From assembly GCA_026914245.1 (NCBI GenBank), contig CP110440.1:2852001-2916000 (forward strand): a stretch of DNA of 64,000 bases, read 5' to 3'. This document shows positions 50,238-62,520 of this stretch, in pieces. How positions within the stretch are numbered: the stretch's first letter is position 1; every line of letters begins with the position of its first letter. Origin of the DNA: Puccinia triticina. Lineage: Eukaryota. The notes below the pieces were generated by a model. That model saw only the letters and a program-made list of their open reading frames with translations, ran no database searches and was not told the DNA's origin. The translations under genes were made by a program, and so were the position numbers.

Positions 50238-53200
50238 GAAAGAACTCAAGAGATAATTTTACTTGAACATGCTCTGCAACTGCAATCTTCCACCATCATA
50301 CTTCACAGATCAACCTCAATCCAGGCAAGATTCCCCATTGAGCCTAACCCAACCACCTGGGAGGTCTTGAGATGCCATTAAAGAGAAACTATTATATATT
50401 CGGCTCTATGAGATTCAAATCAACATTCCTGAAATTCTAATCTATGGATTTGCTGGAACATATTGTTTTTATGATTCAGTCTACTGCTTCACTTATGCTG
50501 CTAGAATTTGGGGTCTTACCTCATGGGATCCCGCAAAAGCATCACCTTTTTCACATCCAGAATTTGTGACTGTAGCCCATGACAAGACCCCAGAGCCTAC
50601 TAAGCCTTCAAATACAATTCAATTTGATTTGCAATGGGGTCACAAATTGGCCAAGGTGAAAAACTTTTTTTCCACCATATTAAGTTACAGATACAATCAG
50701 CCTCAGTTGGACATATCATCAAAGTTGGCTTAAGCTTGAATTACACATGCTACAACAGTTGACATACTACAGGGTTGCAGAAGAAAGTCACGGTTTGGCA
50801 CTCTTTAGAGAGTGCCACACTTTTTCCCCTGGTGTCAACATCCCTTATTATAATGGTATCAATATCATGAAATGATTTGCATTGCGGTTTGAGATACAGT
50901 GGCAGAAACACCAAAAAATACCCAATTAGGCAATATTCCAAGACTAATTAGACTATAGCAGCTCTTTTTGGCATTTCAATCCATGAACTCTATACCAAAA
51001 TAATCTTTGGAAATGTATTAATATTCTGGTACCAATATCATGAAATGATCACCATTCCTGGTTGAGTTATCGTGGCGGAAACACAAAGAAAAACCAAATT
51101 TGGTGATTCTTTGAGACCCATGAGACTGTAGCTGCCACATTTTGTGATTTTGATGGTCAAGAGCTGACCCCAATTAATCTTTCAGCACTTCTCATCATAA
51201 TGGTATCAATATCATGAAATCATTCTCATTGCGGGTTGAGATACAGGGGTAGAAACACCAAAAAATACACAATTAGGCAATATTTTGACACTAATCAGAC
51301 TATAGCAGCTCCTTTTGGGCGATTCCATACATGAAAGCTATACCAAAATAGTCTTTGGAAATGAATGAATATTCTGGTACCAATATCATGAAATAATAAC
51401 CATTCCCGGTTGAGATATAGTGGCGGAAACACAAAGAAAACCCCAATTTGGTGATATTTTGAGACTCATAAGAAGGTATCTGCCACATTTTGGGATTTTC
51501 ATGGTCAAGAGCCAACCTAAATTACTCTCTCAACATCCCTTATTATACTGTTATCAATATCATGAAATCATTCCCATTGCGGGTTGAGATACAGGGGTAG
51601 AAACACCAAAAAATACCCAATTAGGCAATATTTTGAGACTAATCAGACTATAGCAGCTCCTTTTGGGCATTTACATACATGAAAGCTATACCAAAATAAT
51701 CTTTGAAGATGGATGAATATTCTGGTACCAATATCATGAAATAATCACCATTTCCGGTTGAGATATAGTGGCAGAAACACAAAGAAAACCCCAATTTGGT
51801 GATATTTTGAGACTCATCAGACTGTAGCTGCCACATTTTGGGATTTTCATGGTCAAGAGCTGACCCAAATCACTTGCTCAGCATTTCTTATTAAAATGGT
51901 ATCAATATCATGAAATCATTCCCATTGCGAGTTGAGATACAGTGGCAGAAACACCAAAAAATACCCAATTAGGCAATGCTTTGAGACTAATCAGGCTATA
52001 GCAGCTCCATTTGGGCATTTCCATACATGAAAGCTATACCAAAATAATCTTTGGGAACAGATGAATATTCTTGTCCCAACATCATGAAATGATCACCATC
52101 CCCGGTTGAGATACGGTGACAGAAACACAAAGAAAACCCCAATTTGGTGGCATTTTGAGACTCAAGAGAATGTAGCTGCCACATTTTTGGATTTTCATGG
52201 TCAAGAGCTGACCCAAAGTAATACCTCAACATGTCTTATCATAATGGTATTAATATCATGAAATCATTTGCATTGCGGGTTGAGATACAGTGGCAGAAAC
52301 ACCAAAAAATACCCAATTAGGCAATATTTCAAGACTAATTAGACTATAGCAGCTCCTTTTTGGCATTTCAATCCATGAAATCTATACCAAAATAATATTT
52401 GGAAATGTATCAATATTCTGGTACCAATATCATGAAATGATCACCATTCCTGGTTGAGTTATAGTGGCAGAAACACAAAGAAAAACCTAATTTGGTGATT
52501 GTTTGAGACCCATGAGACTGTAGCTCCCACAATTTGGGTTTCTCATGGTCAAGAGCTGACCCAAATTAATCTCTCAACATGTCTCATTACAATGGTATCA
52601 ATATCATGAAATAAATTTTAGCCCTGGTTCAGATACAGTGGCAGAAACACCAAGAAATACCCAATTAGGCAATATTTTGAAATTAATCAGACTGTAGCCG
52701 CTCGGTTTTGGGATTTTCATACATGGAAGATACACCAAAATACTCTTTGCAAATGGATGAACATTCTGGTACCAATATCATGAAATAATCAACATTACTG
52801 GTTGAGATATAATGGCAGAAACACAAAAAATGAGGCAATAGTTTGTGACTGATTAAATGGGGCTGCTAAATTGGGAGATGTTCATTGGCAAAAAGCTTTC
52901 CTAAATTAATCTTTCAAATGTTCTCATCATTATTGTCCCAATATCATGAATTCATCCCCATTGCTAGTTGAGATATAGTTGTAGAAGCACAACAAAACCA
53001 ACCAATTAGGCAATATTTCACACTGATCAGATGGTAACTGCAACATTTTGGGACTTTCATAGACCGAAAATTTCTCAAATTATTGTTCAGATATTGCTGA
53101 TCCTCATGGTACCAATATCATGATATAAATCTTAGCCCTGATTGAGACACAGTGGCAGAATCATAAAAGACACTAGTTTCAAACCAACCAGACTCAATCA

Positions 53201-56200
53201 ATCTCTTTAGATTCAAAAAATGTTGAACCTCAGATTCTGAGATAACATCAGTTGACCCATTGAATATATTGGGATTTGATTGAAAAACAGAAGCAAAAGA
53301 CACCTTACTCAAATCTGGTACAAACATTAAATCAATCTCAGGCCTAGTAGAAATTTAGGACATTGGATATGATGAGTCATATATACAAGCCATTAAATTT
53401 GAACAAAATTGATGTAGCATGATATATTGAGACTGATTGGTTTTTTTTTTTTTTTTTTTTTGGAAAGTAGATTTCAACACTTCTGCCAGGTTCAAGTGAC
53501 AATAATTCATGCCTCCCCATTTCTCCTCCCCCCTCCCCCTCCCTGCCTGACTTAACAGACTATTTTTTCTCAGGAATAATTCATATGAGTATGTAAAAAT
53601 GACCTATTCAATCTGGCAACAAAATGAAGCTTTTACTATTGTTGAAAACTAAGACAGGGGGAAATCAAGAGGAAGAGGGATGATAGAAGGATTATGATGT
53701 TGCAGGAAGGCAAAAAATTAAAGAGAAATTTCAAAAAAAATAAAAAAAGATCAATATAATTTGATCAATATATGCCATATTGATCAATATATGCCTTCCC
53801 AAATTCATCCATATTTGTAGTGTGGGTGTAGCATCATTGCCATTCAAAAAGAAATCATCATCAAAATCCATCACCTATTGTCATGGGGCAGTTTCAATAT
53901 TGCTTGAGGGGAGCAACTAAACTGGAAACTGGGGGAGCAAGTCATGAATCACAGGCGTTGCCAGTAGATGGGTTTTGGAAGAGCAACCGGGAAAGCGCAG
54001 CTTGTGCCACGGAGCATGACTTGCCAAGGCAACCAATTGATGTATGTATTTGATGTGAAAGGGTGCCGCTGGTCTTGTGAGAACAAGATAAGTGCACCTC
54101 CAAACAAAGCTGCCCAACCCCACCCTTTTAATCACCGCGCTAATTGTTAAGCATCTACATTGTTAGACTTTAGGTAACACAATATCCTAGAATTTTCTGC
54201 TTGATTGAATCCATGAACATTGTGATTCAGCTTCTGGAATATCTTTTCTTCCAACTTTCTGCTAACCTGCACCATTCCATGCAAAACTTACCGGTGTGGG
54301 TGGTCCTTGGGTCCAGAAAATTGAGGCAAACCCATCATACTTTGGGGTTGTTGTATGTATGTATGTACTCTCCCGTCACCGTCCAAAGATCCTGTGGCAA
54401 ACCTACACATACATCATTGTTTGTGGTCATCATGCTTCAGCATGCTCCCCTTGAGGACCCAAAGATCCTGCTATGTGTATGCAATGGGATGCATGAAGAC
54501 ATATACAATCCAAGCACAGCCACCGGACGTATGAAAGACTGCATCAGGTTTGTACACAGCTTCTCAACCAAAAGAGAGCTTTTCTGCTCCTGCACAACAC
54601 CAAAAACCATGTTGGGGGATGGTGGGAGACCAACATCAAACAAGGCTTGGATCAGAATTTAATTACACTCAATGCATACATATGTCAATCCATAGACTGT
54701 TGGGATACACGGAGTGTCTCTTGTTTGGACGATTGTCCAAACCCTTGGACCTCAAGTTTCAAACCGTATTACATACAGCCCCCCGTGTTCAACTTGGGCG
54801 AGCATACATAGACAGCTTTGGTGTAATTCTCCGGCATGTATGTATGTACATATATACATGGAGATGTACAGAGACAGTATACTTGCCAAGTACGTGGCAA
54901 CCACAGCAAGTTTGGGCATTGGGGATTTTGGACAATCATCCAAACTGGTCAAGGCATTTGCTTCAGCCAGGACAGGGGGTAATGGTGACCAGGGTACATA
55001 TCTTTTCTGTTTGGATTTGGCTGACAATTTGGACAATCATCCAAATCTCTTTGTGAGGTTTCTGTCATGGGAAGAGCGTACTACATACATTAATTATACA
55101 TTTTGACGGCTATGTGAGGTGATTTCCGCGGTCAAAGAAAACCAACTGCATCCTGTCAAGAGGGACCCTCTAGGACCCTTTCTGGTGAGTTTGAGTTACG
55201 GGGAAGGGTGTTTGCGCAGAGTTTAGTTCTTTGCATTCCTCGGTGCAACTGGTCCCTCCAAATATAAGGTTGGGTTAACCTCTTCCACTTGAGACAAACA
55301 AACATAGATCTCCAAGAATCCAATCAACAAATAACTCATCCTTAGCTCCATCAACATCATGAACCTCAATACCCGCCATCAGGACAACAATACTGAATGG
55401 GTGTCAGAGATCCTCCCGGGGATGGGAATAGCGGGACATTGTGATGTAAGCAGTTGGGGAATATCTTGTGAGGAACACAACTAACGCTTGATTGACTGTC
55501 TCAATATTTCAAAGCCTGATTAACCAATCCTTCTGGGAGACCATTTGGGCAGTCAAGCCACAAAGTATTGGGGGATTCCACGCACACTCACATCTCTGAT
55601 TGCGTTTCCAGAGAAGGGATGAGCCCTCTAGTAAGTGCTGAATCACACAATCAATGACTGATGGACTTCATCTCTAATGTACCTTTTTTGCGGAGGTTTA
55701 TTTATTACTCAAGGATGCCATTGAAGAACATCAATACCGTGAAACCCCCTTATTAAATGTGGAATCCCCCGTGGACAACATCTCTCAAGCAAATGCTGTG
55801 TTTGCATCCTTCTTGGCTGATGGAATTCAGGCCGAATTATCAGCTTCCCAGTAGTCTTCAGAAAAATGGTTATTAATTCCCTGCCCCGGATGTGCATTCT
55901 GTTAATGCGCAAATCCAACCATAAATCTTGCCAGTCGTTTCTCTGCTTACTTGTTACCCACGTTCTACTATCCTATCAATGTGGAATGAATTTGGAAAAA
56001 AAAAATTGATTTCCTTTTCATAAGTTACAACTACATAAATAAATACCGTCTTTTTTGCTGGGTTTTATCCTGACATCTGTCAGACAAGGCGGAAGCCAAA
56101 CATCAATCCCGGGGCCACCACTCTACAGTACAAGATCTTGGAGTAGTGAAAATATTAGCTCATATTCAGAACCAGGTCAGCTTGCAGACCTTGGCGCCGG

Positions 56201-57189
56201 CCCCTCAGACTCCTCCCCAGCTCCCCTCTGCCCCAACTTGAGGGGGGGGGGGGGAAGAACCCGGCTGCTTTCCGACCTGAGACGGCGCATGACATCTGTG
56301 GGATATTTGGGGCAGAAACTTATTTCATACGTATATGTAGCTCAACGGACTTGCAATACATTTATTGATACAAACCCAGACCTTTGGTAGGTGGTAAAGA
56401 TAATATGTATGTACATATACACATCACCAGAACTTTGCCAGCTGCGTATGTAGCGGAAACCCATCATTGGGTCATCATATCAACAAGCTTTCAGATGTCT
56501 CATCAAGTGAGTCGACTATCACCTACATACCGCAGCCTTCCTCCTGCAGGTGACTTCATCATGGACTCTCTCACCTTGTCTTTACTTTCTGGCTACTTTG
56601 CCTTCACCCACCTCACAGTTAGCCTTGCTTTGGCGCTATTCGCAGTTTCATCACCTTCCAAGCTTCCACGGTTGCTTCATCCCTTTTGGCCAACCGTTAT
56701 TGGTCAGTAAGTTCCTTCTGATTGCTTTTATAGCTTGGAACTTTTCTCATTTGTATCTCCTTTTATACCTTTCAGCCAACATTTCTCCTTTGCTCTCAAT
56801 TTACACAACAGAGTTATCAGCATTGTTCCATGATTGGATCATCAGCCGGTTTCCTTTTGTTATTCCTTAGTTGGATCTCCCAGTTTACCTCGAGCACCCC
56901 CAAGAAATCATGAATGGGTGGATTGCTCGTCATCATCTTTCACATGTTGATAGATTATCCGGCACGCAATTGGCAAGCTCCACCGGCTATCTTGTCCATC
57001 GTTTTTCCCTAATTTTTGGGCTGATACCTTATAAACTCTTACCCTCCGTCCTCACATAGGCTAGGCCCCACTCCCCACCACATTTTTCCTCTCTTCATTT
57101 GCCCAAGCCCATTTTTAGCGCCCGCCTGCCAATTTTTTCCTTACGTGTTGCCGCCCCAAAACCCCAGCGTACTCCCAAATCCCCAGCCT

Positions 57190-60100
57190 GATACATCATG
57201 AATTTGACTTCGGACAACTCCCTTCCTCCAACAGAAACCGCTCCACATGATTCCTCATCAGACGCAAGCAGCTTGGTCCCTGCTTCTGGTTTGTGCAATA
57301 AGTACTACTTGACACTTACTTAGTGCTGATTTTTGTATGTATATGTAGCTTTAGATACCTTAAAGGGACTGGCCCCTTTGCTCAAAGCCTATGCAAACTT
57401 CAAGTCCATTTCAACCCCTACTGTCCTCCGCAGTGAGCGAAGGCAGGCTGGAAAGAAGGAGTACGTAACCGGCTGCTCTAAGCTTGAGGAAATATTGGAG
57501 CAGGCTTTGGTTCTTTCCGAGTCCATCCCTGTCCCGCCGGCAACAATAATTTCTGGCCTCAAGGAGATGCACAAGGCCTGCCAAAAGAGAAAACGAGGTG
57601 GGCTAATCTTTCTCTCTGAATGCATTTTTTTTCCTTGTGCTAACTACCACCACCCCCAATCCAGACGTCAGCAAAGGGAACCCAATCCCTCCAGAGGACC
57701 TAATTGACTTGACCAACAAGGACAAGGACAACAACAAGCAGGATGTTCCACAATCCAGAAGACCCTCCTCTGCCTCCAAATCACCTGACAAAAGGAATTG
57801 CGTAGACATGCATCAGTCATTGGACGACCAGCACTTCACTCCTCCCAATTCCCCTCCCCTAAAAATTGCCCCAATTCATGACAATGTTAACAATCTCGGC
57901 ACTCCTGAACTTCCTCATGGGAAATTTCCACCCGTAGAACTACCATGTAAGTCTTGATCTTTGCCATCAATCAACCCATTGATAAACATAAATGTGTTGA
58001 TTTATTTGTACTGTTGTACTCTCCTCCAGCCTCACCCGGCACCTGTCAAGATACCAATCCAAGCTCTCAAGCTTCCAACTCCAATCCCATTGTTTCTCAA
58101 GCTGCCACCTGGTTTGAATTTTGGAAAGCAACAAGACAAGGAATTATTCAATGTGACCGTTGTGGTGCTCCATTGGCGTGACAATGCCAAAAGCACATTG
58201 CAGAGGTATTGAGACAGCATAGATACAGCTATCATTCATTATAAGAGGAGGAAGTTATATATAATACAAGCAGTGTATGTGTTGATGGGAGGAATGGATT
58301 CATTACAGATACAGACAGATAGATGAGGGATAGTGTTAGCACGGACAGAACGGCAGACTAGGATCATGTAGGATGGACGGCGTGATCAGGGATGGAATGG
58401 AGGACCATGACTAGGTAGGATGGCAGGGAGGTGGAAGGATGTTATCAATAGAAGAGGTGGAAGGTATTGGGAGCACATGTCTCAACCAGGAATGGAAGGG
58501 AGGATGGTGTGGTGTATCAAGTAAGGCAGTGTTATAAGGGTATATTACTTGTGTAAGGGTATATTATCTTTATAAGGGTGGTATATTACTTTATAAGGGT
58601 CTAGGATTCAGTATGATGGGATATGGATGTAAGTATTAATTAGGGAGGAGGAAGAAGGAAGGATGGAGCAAGGTGGGAGGAGAGGCTTTTACCCCCAATA
58701 TTCTGGATGGAAGAAGGCAACAGCTGGACATGCAGGCATATGGTAGGTTACGGAAGGTTGTTTGGGTCACCTAGCAACACATGATATCATGCAGTGCAGC
58801 ATATGCAGGCAGATAAGGTGTTCAAGGAGCCTGCCTGCAGAATCAATTACATCATTCTTTGGCAGGCAGTGCAACACATGCATATATTGCTGTGCAACTG
58901 ATATCCCCTCCTGCAGAATCCATTACCTAATTGTTTGGCAGGCAGTGCAACACATGCATATCTTGCTGTGCAACTGATATCCCCTGCAGAAAATAGCCCT
59001 CACAAGGAGTTCCCCTGGAGCTAAATTCCCTCACCCTTCAATATATAAGGAGGCCTCTTTCCCCCCCTCATCAGATCTTTTCCCCATCAGCCTACAGAGG
59101 TTTGGTCACAGTGGTTAGTTTAGTTACAGTGGTAGTTTAGTGGTATTTTAGTGGTAGTGGTAGTGGTAGTGGTAGTGTTAAGTTTGAGTCAGTAGTAGTA
59201 GTAGTAGTCAGGAGCTCTAGTAGTAATTAAAGTGCCTTATCAAGAGATTGTTAAGGAAGAGATTATTACCAACTTCATCAACAACAATTATAACAAGTAG
59301 TAGTAGTGTAGTAGCAACCAGGAGCTCTAGTATTGATTAAAGTGCCTTATCAAGAGATTGCTTAAGGAAGAGATCATTACCAACCTTCTCATCAACAACC
59401 CAACATCAACAACAATTGTATTTTACATAATTGATCCCACTGGATTACATTATCCCTCCAGCATCAGAAGTTGTAACAGATCTGCAAGAATAGTGATTTG
59501 AGGAATCTAGGTCTGATAGAGATTACTATACAAAAGTAAGATCTATCTTGGAATCAGCCACATCTTTATAAATATTGATTACAAGACTCTTAGTTATTTG
59601 CATAGTACCATTAGAGGGGCAGGTCTTTCAAACCACCCGTAAGTTGTAATAGCCTTTCAACCTATTAGCAATTTATTTCCCCCTCAGAGGATATTTTCAC
59701 CAAATAAACATTTAGTGTCCCACAAGAGTCCCTACACCGTGTGCTTTGAACGCCACCCTTTTTGCCAGATTCAGCTGCATAATGTCAATCAAGCCAGGTG
59801 CAAACCATGGCTCCTTGTCGGCTGGTAATAAGATTTTCTCCACTGCATTGATGAGAGAAGGGAAGATCAGTTACGCTGTGTGAAGCTTGAAGGGAAGAAG
59901 AGAAAGATATGATTTCTGAGACTGACAATACTTCTGAATATCTTTCAGCCATACAGCGTGAGTAGATTCGGACTGAACCAGGGTGAACTGGGGCAATGCG
60001 GCTGGCAAGGTCCTTTTGTGAATAGATTTAGCTCAACAGCCAATAAAGGCATGGACGGAATGGTAACCTTGCTTGAACTTTTGACAGTTGAGATTAACTT

Positions 60101-61250
60101 GGAACGTTTTTAAGATTGTGTGAACCTTGGCTCTGACGGATTTGTCCTTGATGACGCAGATGGGCAGGTTCTTGGAGAGATTGGTAAGAGTGGAAGTGGA
60201 GCCTTGGGGTGGGGCTGGGACCTATCCAAGTGGGATCAGGGTGATCATGGGGGGAGGAGGCGGTGGAACACAATTTGGATTGGGCACAATGTCTTGCAGG
60301 TTGATTGAGCTATTGCTATTGGCAGACGGATTGGAGGCAGCAGGTGGCCCAATCAAGTTTTTTGCCGGCTGATTGGTGGCAAGCTTTGGTCCAGGTGGAT
60401 TGGGTGCCGCAGTCAAGGCCAGGGAAGGTCCATCTATCGCAATGGTCAAATTGCATCGCATCTTTGATTTAGTTGACTGCACAAGAATATGCGCTCAAGC
60501 CTCTGTCGTTCAGCAATCTCATCAAAGACAATCTTGGCTCCCATTTACAGATCCTTCAATATCTCAGTCAGTGTAAGACCGGCGCAAACAAAAATGAAGG
60601 AAAGCCGCACAACATGGGTGTTAAACCACTGTGTCAGTTATACAACACAATAATTGACATTTTCATTACTTATTTGGTGATAGATATGTAGGTCCGCGGC
60701 CGCCAACGTTGAACCAGAAGTGAATTCTTCCCAAAGTCAAGATCTAGTCCTTCAAAAGCAGGAATTGGAAAAACACTGCTCGCGCCACAACTATACCCCA
60801 TTCTGCCTGTACCTTGTAGCCGGTGTTTGCGGTCTTATTTTGGTACCAAGAAATTGTCAATTAGCCTTGGGGGCATCAGCCTTGGGATTCTTAACCGCAG
60901 TTGAACATATCTTCCAGAAAAATCTGCCTCACCGCGAGGCTTTGGAGCCTGTCTGGAAACGCCTTGGCGCGTATTGATAACCTTTTCATTGAAGCTTTCC
61001 TTACACCCAACTATCTCTTTAACTTCTGCAGGCGGCAACTTGTTGAATTAGCCCAAGCAATCACTGCTGACTTCCTTGTGTGCCTCGACGCACAATTCCC
61101 AGAAAAGAAATTCCAACTCCCTCGTGCCCTTTCTGGCAAATGATTAGTTGGCCAGTGCTTTCTGAAATTCTTCACCATCCTTGAATCTTGGTTGATCAAA
61201 TCCTTTGCACTGGTAACTTGTACCCTCCACTTGGCTCACGTTTCAGCTTA
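57190..61250 (+). pseudogene. Decayed multi-exon hypothetical gene region, split by a solo LTR
   Basis: ORF fragments 57333, 57637, 57954, 60720 and 60901; GIIQCDR|VL reads through after LTR removal. Boundaries are uncertain. Confidence 0.35.
58161..59736 (+). mobile_element. Large solo LTR (1576 bp)
   Basis: TGTGG...CCTACA; 4-bp TSD CCGT (58157-58160 / 59737-59740); TATATAAG at ~59042; (GTA)n/(GTGGTA)n tracts; internal ~80-bp and ~110-bp duplications. Confidence 0.75.
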
Positions 61251-61875
61251 CTGAGTAGTTGTTAGTAGTTGATGCTGCTAAATATGTGTCTACTCAAACA
61301 TTTGTTTTGATTTTTTTTCCAAGCCCTTCTCTCATGTCTGCAATGGGTGAATAAATTTTTTGCTGCCATGTCAGTCATAGTAGTACTTTTTTAAAACATG
61401 TTATTAGTTCCTTTATCTTATTGATTGCATTATGTGATCTGTTGTAATCTTCAGAATAGATAAATAAAACATTGCAACCTTGGTTGAGAAACACAAACAA
61501 AAGGTGCAATTGCTGAAATGGTCATAATGGTTATCCTGCATGCACCTCATCCTATTTACAGCTAGAACTCTTATCAAGTTCAAGAATGTAATATGCAATA
61601 GGAGGAATAATTTTTGTATTGATTGGGCACCCTTTGAATTTGTAGCTGGTGTTCAAAAGGCAGAAGTTAGAAACATGTAAAACCCATGTTGCAGGGTGAT
61701 TTCTTGGGTGTAAGAGTATAGTTTTAGTAGTGTTATACAGTGGTTACAGCATGGCAACCTGCACATATTGCCTCCCTTTTTGGGGCGGTGGGTGTGATGT
61801 TGACTAAATAACCAAATGCTTCTCTCTTGCTCTTGACACCTACATTCCCAGATTCAACAACAGGCCCAACAATTA

Positions 61876-62520
61876 TTGTTAGACACCAATCTTCTTCATT
61901 CTCAGGTCCATAGCATTATTAACTCTGCTGTTCCTTGTGCTTCTTTGCAAAGTTTGGATGGGTTGGATAAACAGGTTGGACAAATGGAGTCAGGGTTGGA
62001 ACAGTTGATCACAATCATGCAGGACCCCAATTTGCGGCAACACCCTCCTCCTCCCCCAGCTCAATTTGAGGAAGTCCTGCCAGCCCCACCTGCAGATCCT
62101 CCAAATTTTGCTTGGTTTGCGTTTGTTCCTAACCCGGTAGCACCAATCCCTCAGTTGCGTCCGGGCAAGACCTGGCAATTGGCAAGCAGAAATCCTCAGC
62201 AGGGGCAACTGGTGCCCTTTCCGTTGTACAAGCACCCGGTGGATGTGGGAGGAGGCCGGGGTAAAAATTTGGTTTATTTGGAGCCACCAAAGATTGCTGA
62301 ATTATGGTTCTCCGGTGATCCTCAACATTTGTCCCGTTTTCTCCAGTTGATCCAAGACTAACTCTATCCTCAAGAGGATTTCTTCTTGTCTCAGGCCTGG
62401 ATAATTGTTTGGATCTCTCAACATTTTGGCTTTAAGCCTTCTGATGGGAACCAAGACTCTAGCCCCGCCAAGGATTGGTACACCTCTGTCATCCTCTCCA
62501 ACACTAGAGTCCAGAACTCA
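61876..62520 (+). pseudogene. Retrotransposon gag-like remnant
   Basis: Coiled-coil and Pro-rich N-terminus, then LEPPKIAELWFSGDPQHLSRFLQLIQD*LYPQEDFFLSQAWIIVWISQHFG; ends at a poly-C tract. Confidence 0.55.

Larger units (their letters stand above)
47841..50834. mobile_element. Non-autonomous CACTA/CMC-like element (2994 bp), CACCAGGG termini
   Basis: CACCAGGGAAGAAAGTGTTGCACTC...GAGTGCCACACTTTTTCCCCTGGTG; exact 3-bp TSD TCA; an empty-site-like unit is visible at ~51521-51545; ~47-bp hairpin array at ~48600-49725. Confidence 0.9.
47611..53165 (+). repeat. Diverged satellite subfamily, ~174-bp monomers in a 348-bp dimer, interrupted at 47841-50834
   Basis: GGTACCAATATCATGAAAT...GTTGAGATATAGTGGCAGAAACAC; ORF track repeats at 51300, 51648 and 51996; units decay toward the right TIR. 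Confidence 0.9.
28316..53822. mobile_element. Giant non-autonomous CACTA element (25,507 bp) filled with satellite DNA
   Basis: CACTACAAACATGGATGAATTTGGGAA...TTCCCAAATTCATCCATATTTGTAGTG; TIRs 28316-28863 and ~53297-53822; exact TSD TGG (28313-28315 / 53823-53825). Confidence 0.93.

Noticed and set aside
22456..52232. Many repeated 60-160-aa ORFs (MPNMTNLVVSWCF..., MAETPRNYQISD...)
   Set aside because: These are translations of the satellite; the 173-bp unit is not a multiple of three, so frames shift each unit.
28316..53822. Whole element as a symmetric foldback
   Set aside because: Only 44631-47610 is inverted; the diverged units at 47611-53165 are in the same orientation as the left array.
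53917..56870. Assorted short ORFs as a transposase or other named gene
   Set aside because: No recognisable motifs; possibly decayed coding sequence, but unassignable without a search.
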